DNA of 64,000 nt from Giardia intestinalis (lineage: Eukaryota). Positions within the stretch are counted from its first letter, which is position 1. Each line of letters starts with the position of its first letter. The DNA lies in assembly GCA_000002435.2 (NCBI GenBank), contig CM018790.1; one strand, written 5' to 3'. Both the position numbers and the translations under genes were made by a program. This document shows, piece by piece, positions 9,122 to 18,008 of the stretch. A model generated the notes under the pieces. The model did not search any database. It was not told the origin of the DNA and worked only from the letters and a program-made list of their open reading frames with translations.

Positions 9122-10516
9122 ATGAAGATTTATAAAATACCCATGAGTGGAGCCGATGTAAGCACAGGCGGCACGCGCATGCCATCATCGCTAGAGGATC
9201 TTCTGGGTAGCCACAGCAAGGACGAGCCGTCAACCAGTAGGGACATAAGCACGAGGATAGGCGCGCTCAAAGCTCGGTTGACGCGTGCGACCGCAGCATC
9301 TGGCGGCACCACTGCACCGGACGTCCGCCTCTCGTCTCCCCACCTCACAGAGCCTTCTTACAGGCGCGCTTCAGTGGGAGGAGGTGAGCTTGGACGTCTG
9401 GCCTCCGAGATCCCCCGATCCAGCCTTTCTGACGTGCACTATTCAGAGGAGCTGTACAGTGCCAGATACAACGAGCAAGCAGCATCATCGAGCACACTAG
9501 AGGTGGAGATGCTGAAGCGGCGCATGGTAGAGCTGGAGAACGAAGTCATTGTCTTGAGGAACGAGAACGAGGCCCTGCGCAATCGGCTGACAATAGCGTG
9601 CACCCAGGGCCTGTGTCGGTCGGCCATAAACCAGAGCGCGATGAACGCGTCTCATGCTCCGGCCTCCAGGCAGAACGTGACCAATGCCACCGTGAGCAAT
9701 ATACGACCAGCCGCTTTGGACATGTCAGACTTTGAGCGCCAGTGGCAGGCCATTGAAGCAGGGGTGAACAATTGTGTGGATCGCACCTCGGTGAGCGATC
9801 CTCCTCAGATGGAGTCGCATACACCCAATACGGCCATATCTCCTAGCACTGGCAACAGTGCACTAACACGATCCCGTGCTTCTATCATGTCTGCTTCTCG
9901 TATTTCAACCACTCCACCAGTTTGGTGTAACGATGCACATAGGAAATCAAGAAAACTCAACAAAGAGATTGAGGAAGCATTGGGGAATGCGATCGCATCT
10001 AGTAATACAGGTCTTTCGTTTACAGCCTGTGGCAACGCAGATAGGGGTTCTTTAGGAAAGCAAACACAGACTCCAAATCCACATACAATCACTACAAAGG
10101 TTGCACTACCAACTGCAGGAAACTGCAAAGAGGCCGTCGCCCCAAGACTGGTTGGCATAGATGAAGATGCAGATGAGCCGTGCATTGTTTGGAAGAGGGA
10201 GACAGCGTCTGGATTGGTGCCTTCGGGGGCTCTGTCTCTTGAGCACATTACTGAATGCTTATATGGTGAACACGCACGGACGTTCAGAGGATGGATTATT
10301 GCTCTTCGTAAAGATGGTGAACAGAAAAGCATTGCGGACCTCATCGACCAGTGGGCAGCACTTCCTTCCGAGAGGCTTAGTCTTATTCCAAAGATTGGTC
10401 ATCCAAATACTATCGTTCTTGTGTCCCGCACCCGTGCTCTTTGCTTTGAAATTCATCATACAGAAGACTACACCATATGGGTCAATTATCTGGTTCAGAA
10501 GTTGAATGGATTGTAG
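9122..10516 (+). CDS. Hypothetical S/T-rich protein with a short coiled-coil segment.
   Basis: 464-aa ORF with an ATG start and AT-rich upstream context (tttataaaata). The translation contains EMLKRRMVELENEVIVLRNENEALRNRL. No family motif was recognised. Its 3' end overlaps the convergent gene 10482-11933 by about 35 bp. Confidence 0.4.
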   Translation: MKIYKIPMSGADVSTGGTRMPSSLEDLLGSHSKDEPSTSRDISTRIGALKARLTRATAASGGTTAPDVRLSSPHLTEPSYRRASVGGGELGRLASEIPRSSLSDVHYSEELYSARYNEQAASSSTLEVEMLKRRMVELENEVIVLRNENEALRNRLTIACTQGLCRSAINQSAMNASHAPASRQNVTNATVSNIRPAALDMSDFERQWQAIEAGVNNCVDRTSVSDPPQMESHTPNTAISPSTGNSALTRSRASIMSASRISTTPPVWCNDAHRKSRKLNKEIEEALGNAIASSNTGLSFTACGNADRGSLGKQTQTPNPHTITTKVALPTAGNCKEAVAPRLVGIDEDADEPCIVWKRETASGLVPSGALSLEHITECLYGEHARTFRGWIIALRKDGEQKSIADLIDQWAALPSERLSLIPKIGHPNTIVLVSRTRALCFEIHHTEDYTIWVNYLVQKLNGL

Positions 10517-11933
10517 TCTGTCTTTTATTTTTCAACGGTTCCAATTGTATTACCGTACAATCAAAATGAGGAACACCGTCACATTTGAGAGCATCTACCA
10601 ACTCTGAGCTAACAAGCCCTGTCTGGTTCAATTCTAAGAACTTTGGTTCAGGTCTGGTGTTGGCGCCGTCAATCACTCGTCCAAAAGCTGGACTATAGAC
10701 GGTCGCTATTTCGTTGACCACAGAATTGATATAATTGAGAAGCTGAGAGCGTACATGGTCTAGGTATTGCTGTGTGCAAAATCCGCTTTGCTTAGTGCAC
10801 ACTTCCGCAAGAATTTCACCGTCCCAGCTGACCATTTCTTGAGGGAGGTCGCATATGCATCTGTTGTAGTTTTGAAGAAGCGACGGCCCTGGTTTGAAGA
10901 TTGCTTCAAAAGGTCCAAGAAGGTATTGTGGAAGGCTGGCCACAAACGCCTCATAGTCGTTGCCACTCTTTGTCTTAATTATGCTCTTCAGTTGTTCTAG
11001 AAGCTCACCACGAAAGCGTACGTCGACACTTTTAGCTTGTAGTCCCAGGTGGGGATGAAGCCGTATATCCAATCCTCGGCGTATCCACACGTATCTCCAT
11101 GGTCCGTTCGTGTAGGTATAGGCCACTTGCTGTACTGCAGTGATACACTGGAACCTTGTAGCGGATCGGAGTGTAACTCTATAAGAGCTCCCGTCCGATA
11201 TTTGTGCTGCTGTTCTCTCTACATGAAAGATGTCCGAGGTGATACTCTCCAATTGATTGAGATACTGTGCAGCGCGCCTGAGACCATCGGCTATTGAAGT
11301 TGCAAACCGTAAGGTAAATACCGCTTCTCTTTGAAACAATCTATATAACATGTCTATAGTCCAGATTGGACGAACTGCAAAGAGTACCTCCATAAGCATG
11401 GCCAGGGAACTCTGGGTGAGAACACTCTGAGGTAAAGACTGGAGACACATGGGGGTATCGTAGTCTATCATCCAGTCGAAGTTTCCGTGTGACTTTGGGG
11501 TGAAAGTTAGATAGACTCGATGGAGCCTTGGAGTAGGGTAGAGTGTTGTCTGCTCCAACAATGATGGTAGGGGAATGATTGCTTCTGCTGGGAATGCAAG
11601 AGAAGGGGAAGAAAGGTAGCTAATGTTTCTCTTCACTTGGCCCCACACCTTATACTTCCAGGAATAGACGGTAGACTCTTCGCCTGTGTCTGTAGAACGA
11701 TACACTGTCCTTACTTGTGCATAGGATACTATGTGTTCTGTCCTTTCTGGACTGTTGGGAAGTAACATTGGCTTTATAGTAGCAAGTTTGCCGAGGGTGA
11801 TTGGCGGCATATTGTGAATAGAGGATGAGGAGGTGCACTGTGAGAGGTGCATGCGGAGAAGCTCCGGGGCAGCAAAATGCCGCAGGGCTACAGAAGGAGA
11901 GTCCACTCTGAACGGTAAGATAATAACATTCAT
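10482..11933 (-). CDS. Hypothetical protein.
   Basis: Long ORF on the minus strand. The track start at 11981 is GTG; the first ATG (cat at 11931-11933) gives MNVIILPFRVDSPSVAL. No motif was recognised. Confidence 0.4.
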   Translation of the reverse strand: MNVIILPFRVDSPSVALRHFAAPELLRMHLSQCTSSSSIHNMPPITLGKLATIKPMLLPNSPERTEHIVSYAQVRTVYRSTDTGEESTVYSWKYKVWGQVKRNISYLSSPSLAFPAEAIIPLPSLLEQTTLYPTPRLHRVYLTFTPKSHGNFDWMIDYDTPMCLQSLPQSVLTQSSLAMLMEVLFAVRPIWTIDMLYRLFQREAVFTLRFATSIADGLRRAAQYLNQLESITSDIFHVERTAAQISDGSSYRVTLRSATRFQCITAVQQVAYTYTNGPWRYVWIRRGLDIRLHPHLGLQAKSVDVRFRGELLEQLKSIIKTKSGNDYEAFVASLPQYLLGPFEAIFKPGPSLLQNYNRCICDLPQEMVSWDGEILAEVCTKQSGFCTQQYLDHVRSQLLNYINSVVNEIATVYSPAFGRVIDGANTRPEPKFLELNQTGLVSSELVDALKCDGVPHFDCTVIQLEPLKNKRQTTIHSTSEPDN

Positions 11934-12014
11934 TTTCTGCGGCTTGGGCAGCCCAAGGCCGAGGACATGAAAAACGCCCACTCTTATTTACACTCAACAA
12001 GCATGCCACTGCCC

Positions 12015-12620
12015 TTACTCCTTAGAGATTCTCATGGGAATCCCAATGCGGCGGTTTCTCTTGAAGCTGGTTTTCCGGACCCTTGTATCGACAACATTCT
12101 TCGCTGTCGCCAGTTGCTGAAGCGCTTTAGGATTTTTCCTGAAGAGGTCGTCAAGGATGGAAGACGTTCTCTGCTTCTTGGGTATCCGCGCAGAGTAGAA
12201 CTCGCCTGGTCCCTCTATGACCCTTCCAAAGTGCACGTTCCTCGGAAGCTTGCTAGAGTCCCACTCTATATCCGCGATCCCCTCCTCTGGTTGTAGCACT
12301 CCTCGCATGTCCAGCGCCTTCATGTCGCGAAGCTGTTCTGGAGTAAGATCCTGCTCGGGGATCTCATGCCATCGCCTAAGACTCTCGAGCTCCCGCTTCT
12401 TCTCTGCCCGCACGTCGTGGATCTTCATGCTCTTTGGGATGGCCCCAGGCTCTCGCCAAGTGAATTTACCTAGATCCACCTTACTGTTGGGATCTCTCAT
12501 TGCAGGCAGGATTGCCTTTTCCATTGCCTCCTGCGCACTGATAGAAAGTTTGCTACAAGCCTCTTCAGTAGCTGGGTCTAGTATTCTATCTAAAACTGGC
12601 TCTAGTCCGTACATCTTCAT
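12015..12620 (-). CDS. Fcf2-like pre-rRNA processing factor.
   Basis: The C-terminal block VHFGRVIEGPGEFYSARIPKKQRTSSILDDLF matches the Fcf2 domain consensus (GT.VEGPTEFYSSRLTKKERK.TLV.EL). The start is moved to M13 (cat at 12618-12620), which directly follows a classic initiator TTAAATTTAAAAATG. The track starts at 12656. Confidence 0.55.
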   Translation of the reverse strand: MKMYGLEPVLDRILDPATEEACSKLSISAQEAMEKAILPAMRDPNSKVDLGKFTWREPGAIPKSMKIHDVRAEKKRELESLRRWHEIPEQDLTPEQLRDMKALDMRGVLQPEEGIADIEWDSSKLPRNVHFGRVIEGPGEFYSARIPKKQRTSSILDDLFRKNPKALQQLATAKNVVDTRVRKTSFKRNRRIGIPMRISKE

Positions 12621-12692
12621 TTTTAAATTTAACAATCGTGCTAGCAATCCGTGCATCTCACATAGAAAGAGAGCCAGACAAGGATAGGCAAC

Positions 12693-13964
12693 TTACTTCT
12701 TCATAGAATTACAAATTACATCTATTTTCTTTCGCAGAAATACCTCATAGTTTTGGCCAAGGCCGAGAGACTGCACGGTGCGTCGTGCGACTTCCTCGGA
12801 CGTGTCTGTTTCGTAGAAATCTATCTTAATCTTTTTGGAACCAAACAGTATGTTTGTGGAAAAAATAAGCTTACCTTTCTCGGCAGTGTCTATGTTTCCT
12901 TTTGCTTGTGGACTGGGAGTGGCGGGGTCTTCGTCACTCAAGTACCCATTCTTGATCATTAAGCACTTAATCTTATCATAGAGCATGACATAGTCTCGCG
13001 ATGACACGTTGTTTTTCTGCATAAACTGGAGCATAGCTTCTCCGGGATCCTGTCCAATAAACCCGTGGAAGAGAACCTCTGTCCCATCACTCAAATCAAC
13101 AGGGAGGTCAAACTCCTTTGGCACATTGGAGTTCTCGTGCTTTCTCTCTCCAGGATTGAAGCTTGATGTTGAATCACATGAAATGGGCATGTCTTGTGCA
13201 TGCTGCAACCCTTCCTGTATATGTGTAGTTGGAAGCTTCACAGTGAACTTAGAAGAATCCTTTATGCTTAGCGACTGATCTTGGGGTCTTTGATCTGTAG
13301 TTGGCGACGGTTGAACCGCTAGGGGCACAGTGTCTAGAGTACCGGCCCTCTTAGCATAGAGTTTCTGATTAGCTTGTGATACTGCACCAGAGGGACTAAG
13401 GCTGACGGCAGGAGAGCTGGACTCGGTAGGAATTGCCTGGACGTCCTCAGGTGTCTCTGAATAAGTGGTCCGAAGATTAAGCAGCATAATTTGGCGCCTC
13501 TGCAGACAGTACTTAGTCGCTCTTAATAGGCAGCTCTTCAAGATTTCAGAGCTCTTGCTAAAGACATGTATGTAATGAAAGCTGTATCCTGGAGACACAT
13601 AAGGAGCAGCTATTTGCTCCACTGTCATGCAGTCCTCGTCTTCAGCATTGGTGTCGCAGAGGAAGCAAGATTGGGGCAGATTCTTAAGGCTCAAAAGACT
13701 TTCCAGCAGGGGCCTTGTCCGCTCCTGGCTTGAATCATATATGGCAATGATAATATCTGTAAAGTGTGTATCTAAGCGCTCTGCCAAAAATCCCAGAGAA
13801 GTGTCTGAATTCAGAGAGACTTGATCTAAAGTAACTTGCACACTGGACCCCTCCACAGAAGTCGTCAAAATTGGGCGCCCGCTGTTAATGGAATCCACGT
13901 AGGATGCAGTAGAAGCATCACTAGGCCCTACAAAGAGCCAGCGAACCATATTTTCAGATGCCAT
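12693..13964 (-). CDS. Hypothetical protein.
   Basis: 423-aa ORF with an ATG start and AT-rich upstream sequence (tttgtaaaaaATG on the coding strand). No motif was recognised. Confidence 0.4.
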   Translation of the reverse strand: MASENMVRWLFVGPSDASTASYVDSINSGRPILTTSVEGSSVQVTLDQVSLNSDTSLGFLAERLDTHFTDIIIAIYDSSQERTRPLLESLLSLKNLPQSCFLCDTNAEDEDCMTVEQIAAPYVSPGYSFHYIHVFSKSSEILKSCLLRATKYCLQRRQIMLLNLRTTYSETPEDVQAIPTESSSPAVSLSPSGAVSQANQKLYAKRAGTLDTVPLAVQPSPTTDQRPQDQSLSIKDSSKFTVKLPTTHIQEGLQHAQDMPISCDSTSSFNPGERKHENSNVPKEFDLPVDLSDGTEVLFHGFIGQDPGEAMLQFMQKNNVSSRDYVMLYDKIKCLMIKNGYLSDEDPATPSPQAKGNIDTAEKGKLIFSTNILFGSKKIKIDFYETDTSEEVARRTVQSLGLGQNYEVFLRKKIDVICNSMKK

Positions 13965-14158
13965 TTTTTACAAAGTGGAGCATAAGGAACACGATGAAAG
14001 GTAATTGTAACTGAAAGCTGATGCTAGCTGATGTTAGCTGATGCACACACTACCGTGTACTTTCTGGTTTACTCATAATAATCACACAAACCTAGCATGG
14101 CAGCTTCTGGTCAAGTTACTGCCTTTGGTGCTTTGGTGGGAGGCTAAAAAATTTGGAC

Positions 14159-15379
14159 ATGGCGTCGTTCCGTGCCAAGAAACCTATACCCACCAGTCAT
14201 GTAGAGCCGGTGCAACCGCTGAAAGTGGAGAAAAAGGTCTCGGATGGACAAACCCAAAAGTTGTTCAAAAGGCTAGCTCCGAGTCAGCAATCACAAGTCG
14301 GAATATTTCGCCACGTAGTCCTTATAATTGACTCATCTGAATCCCTCCCGCTAACCTATCTGTCTGAGTTTGTCAATAGTCTCTTTCTTTATGTCCAGTT
14401 CATTCTTTCCCATCGGCCCTTAATTCGGGTTGCCTTTATGACCCTGCAGAACTCGCTCTGCTATCTTGAGCTCCGCTTTTCGTCCAACTTATCTGCCTTT
14501 GAAGAGGTCTTGAGGGACGGATTTCGTCCTTCTGGTCACATAGCGCTGGCCACGGGACTAGACCAAGCCTATGAGCTGCTGATGAATAACAAGTCTGCGG
14601 CGTCTTCTCGGCGAATCCTATATGTCAATTTCTCCAACGCTACTCTGGACTCTCTTGACATCTTCAGTGTATTGGAGAAGCTACTGGCCGCGCAGATACA
14701 GGTGGATATTGTTTCACTTACAAATCGCTTTGGGGTGCTCGATCACATAAGCCGGGTAACAGGCGGGAGGCATCTCATTGTGGACCGTGACGTCAAAGGT
14801 GGGTTGCTCAACTTGCTCAAGAGGCTGGAGTTGCGATCTGAGGACACTAGGCTCATGCACTCAAAAGGAAGGGAAGAACATTCCCTGAATTTACAGGCCT
14901 CTCACAACCAGACTGCGACAGACACGGAAGGAGGGAAGTTTATCATGGTGGGCTTTCCCGTACACATTTGTGATGATGCAATCTGCTTTTGTCACAACAG
15001 ACATGGTACAGGCTTCTATGAGTGTCCGTTTTGTTATGCAGTCGTGTGTGACATCTCCGAGTGCGTGTGCTGTGGCCTGCAACTGGTCATGTACCCCAAC
15101 TTGTACAGGGGGGCACTCCTTCATAAGCGAGCTCTGTCGTTCAAGAAATTAGATACCTCTTTGTCTCAGACTGAAAGCATTGTAAACACTACCAACCCAG
15201 CAGAGGATGGAAAGAACATCAAAGCGAAAAGCATGTGCTCACTGTGTCAGATGCAATACGGAACAGATACAGATACCAGTCAGTATTTGTGCAGTTTCTG
15301 CGACGCCCCGTTCTGCAAAAGCTGCTCCGAGCTGCTGGCAGAGGCGAAGGTGGCCTGTACGGTGTGCGGTCAGATTTGA
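14159..15379 (+). CDS. TFIIH subunit p44/Ssl1, with a vWA domain and C-terminal zinc-finger/RING-like domain.
   Basis: Alignable blocks against human GTF2H2 are seen in the translation:
- GIFRHVVLIIDSSESL ~ GMMRHLYVVVDGSRTM
- VDIVSLTNRFGVLDHISRVTGGRHLIV ~ [28 protein letters not shown]
- MVGFPVHICDDAICFCHNRHGTGFYECPFCYAVVCDISECVCCGLQLV ~ RMGFPQH...[27 protein letters not shown]
There is also a C-terminal C4 cluster. The track start at 14153 is TTG; the ATG at 14159 follows ggctaaaaaatttggac. Confidence 0.75.
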   Translation: MASFRAKKPIPTSHVEPVQPLKVEKKVSDGQTQKLFKRLAPSQQSQVGIFRHVVLIIDSSESLPLTYLSEFVNSLFLYVQFILSHRPLIRVAFMTLQNSLCYLELRFSSNLSAFEEVLRDGFRPSGHIALATGLDQAYELLMNNKSAASSRRILYVNFSNATLDSLDIFSVLEKLLAAQIQVDIVSLTNRFGVLDHISRVTGGRHLIVDRDVKGGLLNLLKRLELRSEDTRLMHSKGREEHSLNLQASHNQTATDTEGGKFIMVGFPVHICDDAICFCHNRHGTGFYECPFCYAVVCDISECVCCGLQLVMYPNLYRGALLHKRALSFKKLDTSLSQTESIVNTTNPAEDGKNIKAKSMCSLCQMQYGTDTDTSQYLCSFCDAPFCKSCSELLAEAKVACTVCGQI

Positions 15380-15599
15380 TGAAAGAGTCTATGTAATCTT
15401 AACAAATCTATTCCATTGTAAATTTTGCATGGTAAACATCGCTTGATGACTACCCCAGATCAACTAGAAGTCAATGTTTTTCAACTTTTTTCAGCTTGTT
15501 GAGTACCCCCTCCTCCAGCTCCGAGGAGCAGCATAGGTACCTACAAAAAAGTTGTGACCCTCCATGGTCCGCCACTCACGCTTAATTTAAAAAAAACCT

Positions 15600-17951
15600 A
15601 TGTCCACTATGAGGGGTCTCAAGAACTTCATAGCCGATGTCAGGGCCACAATTGCACCAGAGGATGAGCTTAAAATCGTGAATGAGGAAAAGGCGAAGAT
15701 TCGCCAGTGCTTCGCTTCTCCCAAGGCAGATTCCTACGACCGCAGAAAGTACTGTCTCAAGTTGATGTACATGCACATTCTGGGCCACAACATAGACTTT
15801 GGGCTCCTGCAGGCGTCTCAGCTGATGACGTCGAAGGTCAGGGACGAGAAGATCGTCGGCTACATTGTTCTTGGAGAGCTTCTGCACGACAACAAGGACT
15901 TCCTGCGCCTTGTCACTCAGACGATCATGTATGATCTTCAGCAAGTTAATGAGTTCGCAACCCCTCTTGCCCTGACGTTTGTTGCCAATGTGGCCAATGC
16001 AGAGATGGCGGAGGTCGTTGCGCCGGCATGCATGCAGCTGGTCGCTGCCCAGAAGACCCAGGTCAACTCATATATCCGCAAGAAGGCTGCACTGGCCCTA
16101 CTTCATTGCTACAGAGTCAACCCGGCCTCAGTGGACACTGAAAACATCAACTCCATGCTCATCACCCTTATGGAGGCAAAGAACGTAGGTTTCCTGAGTT
16201 GTCTGACACACCTGCTGTATGGAATCTCCGATGTTAACTCTAAGGTTTTCGAGGTCATCAAGACCCGCGCAATCTACCTTCTGAGCAAGATAATTCTCAA
16301 AAAAGAAGTCTCTGTTGATCACCAATACCATGGGTGTCCGTGCCCCTGGCTGATAATCTCTCTGATGCGCTTCCTGCGGCGCCTGGCCCCCAGGTTGGAG
16401 GAGGCTCAAGACAAAGATCATGGCCTTATCAACCAGCGCACCATGTTGGAAAGTGTCATCAATGAGATTTTCAAAATGTGCTCTGGAATCTCCAGTAGTG
16501 CACCGATTGACAAGCAGCAAATATTTTGGGCCCTTGCTTATGAAACGGGCGTCTTGTCGAACTATTACGCTGAGTACTTTGAGGAAACTATCAAGGTCGA
16601 CTTTATGATCAAGACGGTCACAGCTAAGGACACAAAGCCGAATGTCCGCTTTGCGGCGCTCTCTACTCTTGCGGAGATGTCCCGCATGGTCAACGTAAAC
16701 ATCGCGATCCGCGCCAACATACGCTCAATCGTTGAGATAGTCTCTTATGAAATGGACTTTTCGCTCCGCGGTAAAGGACAGGTTCTTCTGTTCAATAGTG
16801 CAGATGTGGAGACAGCCGAGGGCATAGTTCTCTGCCTCCTTGGAGGTGCAAAGGCCACTCGCTTCCCCAAGGACTATCGAGAGGACTCGCTACTGCGTGC
16901 CGCTATCCTTTGTGAGCGTTACGGGCTTTATAGCACCATTGAGGTTGATGGGGTTGACACCGTGAAGGAGTCTCTGTGGACTCTGCGTGCTATGATCAAC
17001 CTTCTCCCCACGGCGTCTGAGTTGCACCTTCGTTTTATTTGGGCGAATCTGGCCAACGCAATTATGCTGAAGATAGTTGGCGCAGATGAGTATCCTGACC
17101 TCAAGGCGCAGGTTCTGTTTCAAATTATTTCTGCCTGCTTCAACCAGGAGCAGATCCAACAAGGTAACCTGCTCGTTGTCGACGATCCGTTGATACTGAC
17201 AACGGCCTGTTATATTATAACCGAGTCTGTCTTTGAAAGCTTTGGGAAAGGATTTGAGGGAATCTTCTATGGGATTGAAAACACGCGACTCTTTGCCGAG
17301 TATGGACCTCTGTTCTCCGCCGAGGCCATCTTCCAGATAGTTTCCCAGGCCATCATCATGCTTTCTAATGGATCATTCAAGGAGGAGCAACCAGTAGCCG
17401 TTAGCGCCATGATTGCCCTCTGCTACATGAGCGTGTGTCCGATGGAGAACTTGCAGATGCTAATAGAATCACCTGTGGCAGACGTTCAGCAACGAGCAGC
17501 AGAGGCAATGGCTATCATGCAAATTCCTGACAGAGAGCTGGTTGCGACCCTACTCCAACAGACTCCTCTTCTCAAGAACATCCGCGGACTGGAAGCCATG
17601 ATTAAGAAAGGCGGTGATGATAAGCCGTACAGAGATGAGGACATCCCAGATAGCGACGACACTGGCACTAACCCCAGCACATATGTCGAGGACACTCCTG
17701 ACTCCACGCAGCCTGTTCAGTCTATTCAACCAGTACAGCCGGCTACCATGCAACCAGCCCAGTATGTTCAGCAAGCGCCGCAGCAGACTATGCCGCCGCA
17801 AACCCTTGCATCCATGATACCAGGCGGTATGCCTGCAGCCGTGCCTGCTCCGGTGACCATGCCAACTGCCGCCCCTGTACCGATAGCACAAACTATGCCT
17901 GCTCCCCAAGCTACTATGGCGCCAGGCTTAAACGATCTTCTTTCACTGTAA
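15600..17951 (+). CDS. Adaptor-protein complex large subunit, alpha-adaptin-like (AP-2 alpha), with a Q/P-rich hinge and tail.
   Basis: The N-terminus MRGLKNFIADVR...KIRQCF...RRKYCLKLMYMHILGHNIDFGLLQASQLM...KIVGYIVLGELL matches the alpha/gamma-adaptin N-terminal signature (MRGLAVFISDIRN...KYVCKLLFIFLLGHDIDFG). The gene has an ATG start and a classic initiator cttaatttaaaaaaaacctATG. Confidence 0.65.
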   Translation: MSTMRGLKNFIADVRATIAPEDELKIVNEEKAKIRQCFASPKADSYDRRKYCLKLMYMHILGHNIDFGLLQASQLMTSKVRDEKIVGYIVLGELLHDNKDFLRLVTQTIMYDLQQVNEFATPLALTFVANVANAEMAEVVAPACMQLVAAQKTQVNSYIRKKAALALLHCYRVNPASVDTENINSMLITLMEAKNVGFLSCLTHLLYGISDVNSKVFEVIKTRAIYLLSKIILKKEVSVDHQYHGCPCPWLIISLMRFLRRLAPRLEEAQDKDHGLINQRTMLESVINEIFKMCSGISSSAPIDKQQIFWALAYETGVLSNYYAEYFEETIKVDFMIKTVTAKDTKPNVRFAALSTLAEMSRMVNVNIAIRANIRSIVEIVSYEMDFSLRGKGQVLLFNSADVETAEGIVLCLLGGAKATRFPKDYREDSLLRAAILCERYGLYSTIEVDGVDTVKESLWTLRAMINLLPTASELHLRFIWANLANAIMLKIVGADEYPDLKAQVLFQIISACFNQEQIQQGNLLVVDDPLILTTACYIITESVFESFGKGFEGIFYGIENTRLFAEYGPLFSAEAIFQIVSQAIIMLSNGSFKEEQPVAVSAMIALCYMSVCPMENLQMLIESPVADVQQRAAEAMAIMQIPDRELVATLLQQTPLLKNIRGLEAMIKKGGDDKPYRDEDIPDSDDTGTNPSTYVEDTPDSTQPVQSIQPVQPATMQPAQYVQQAPQQTMPPQTLASMIPGGMPAAVPAPVTMPTAAPVPIAQTMPAPQATMAPGLNDLLSL

Positions 17952-18008
17952 ATTTGTTAGCGGACCGCCCCAAACAACAGGATTTCGCTGGGTAAACTAA
18001 AATTCCAA

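Noticed and set aside
11967-12687. Plus-strand ORFs 11967-12296 and 12217-12687, overlapping the Fcf2-like gene on the opposite strand.
   Set aside because: They lie antisense to a gene that has a conserved domain match and a canonical initiator. They have no start context and no recognisable features.
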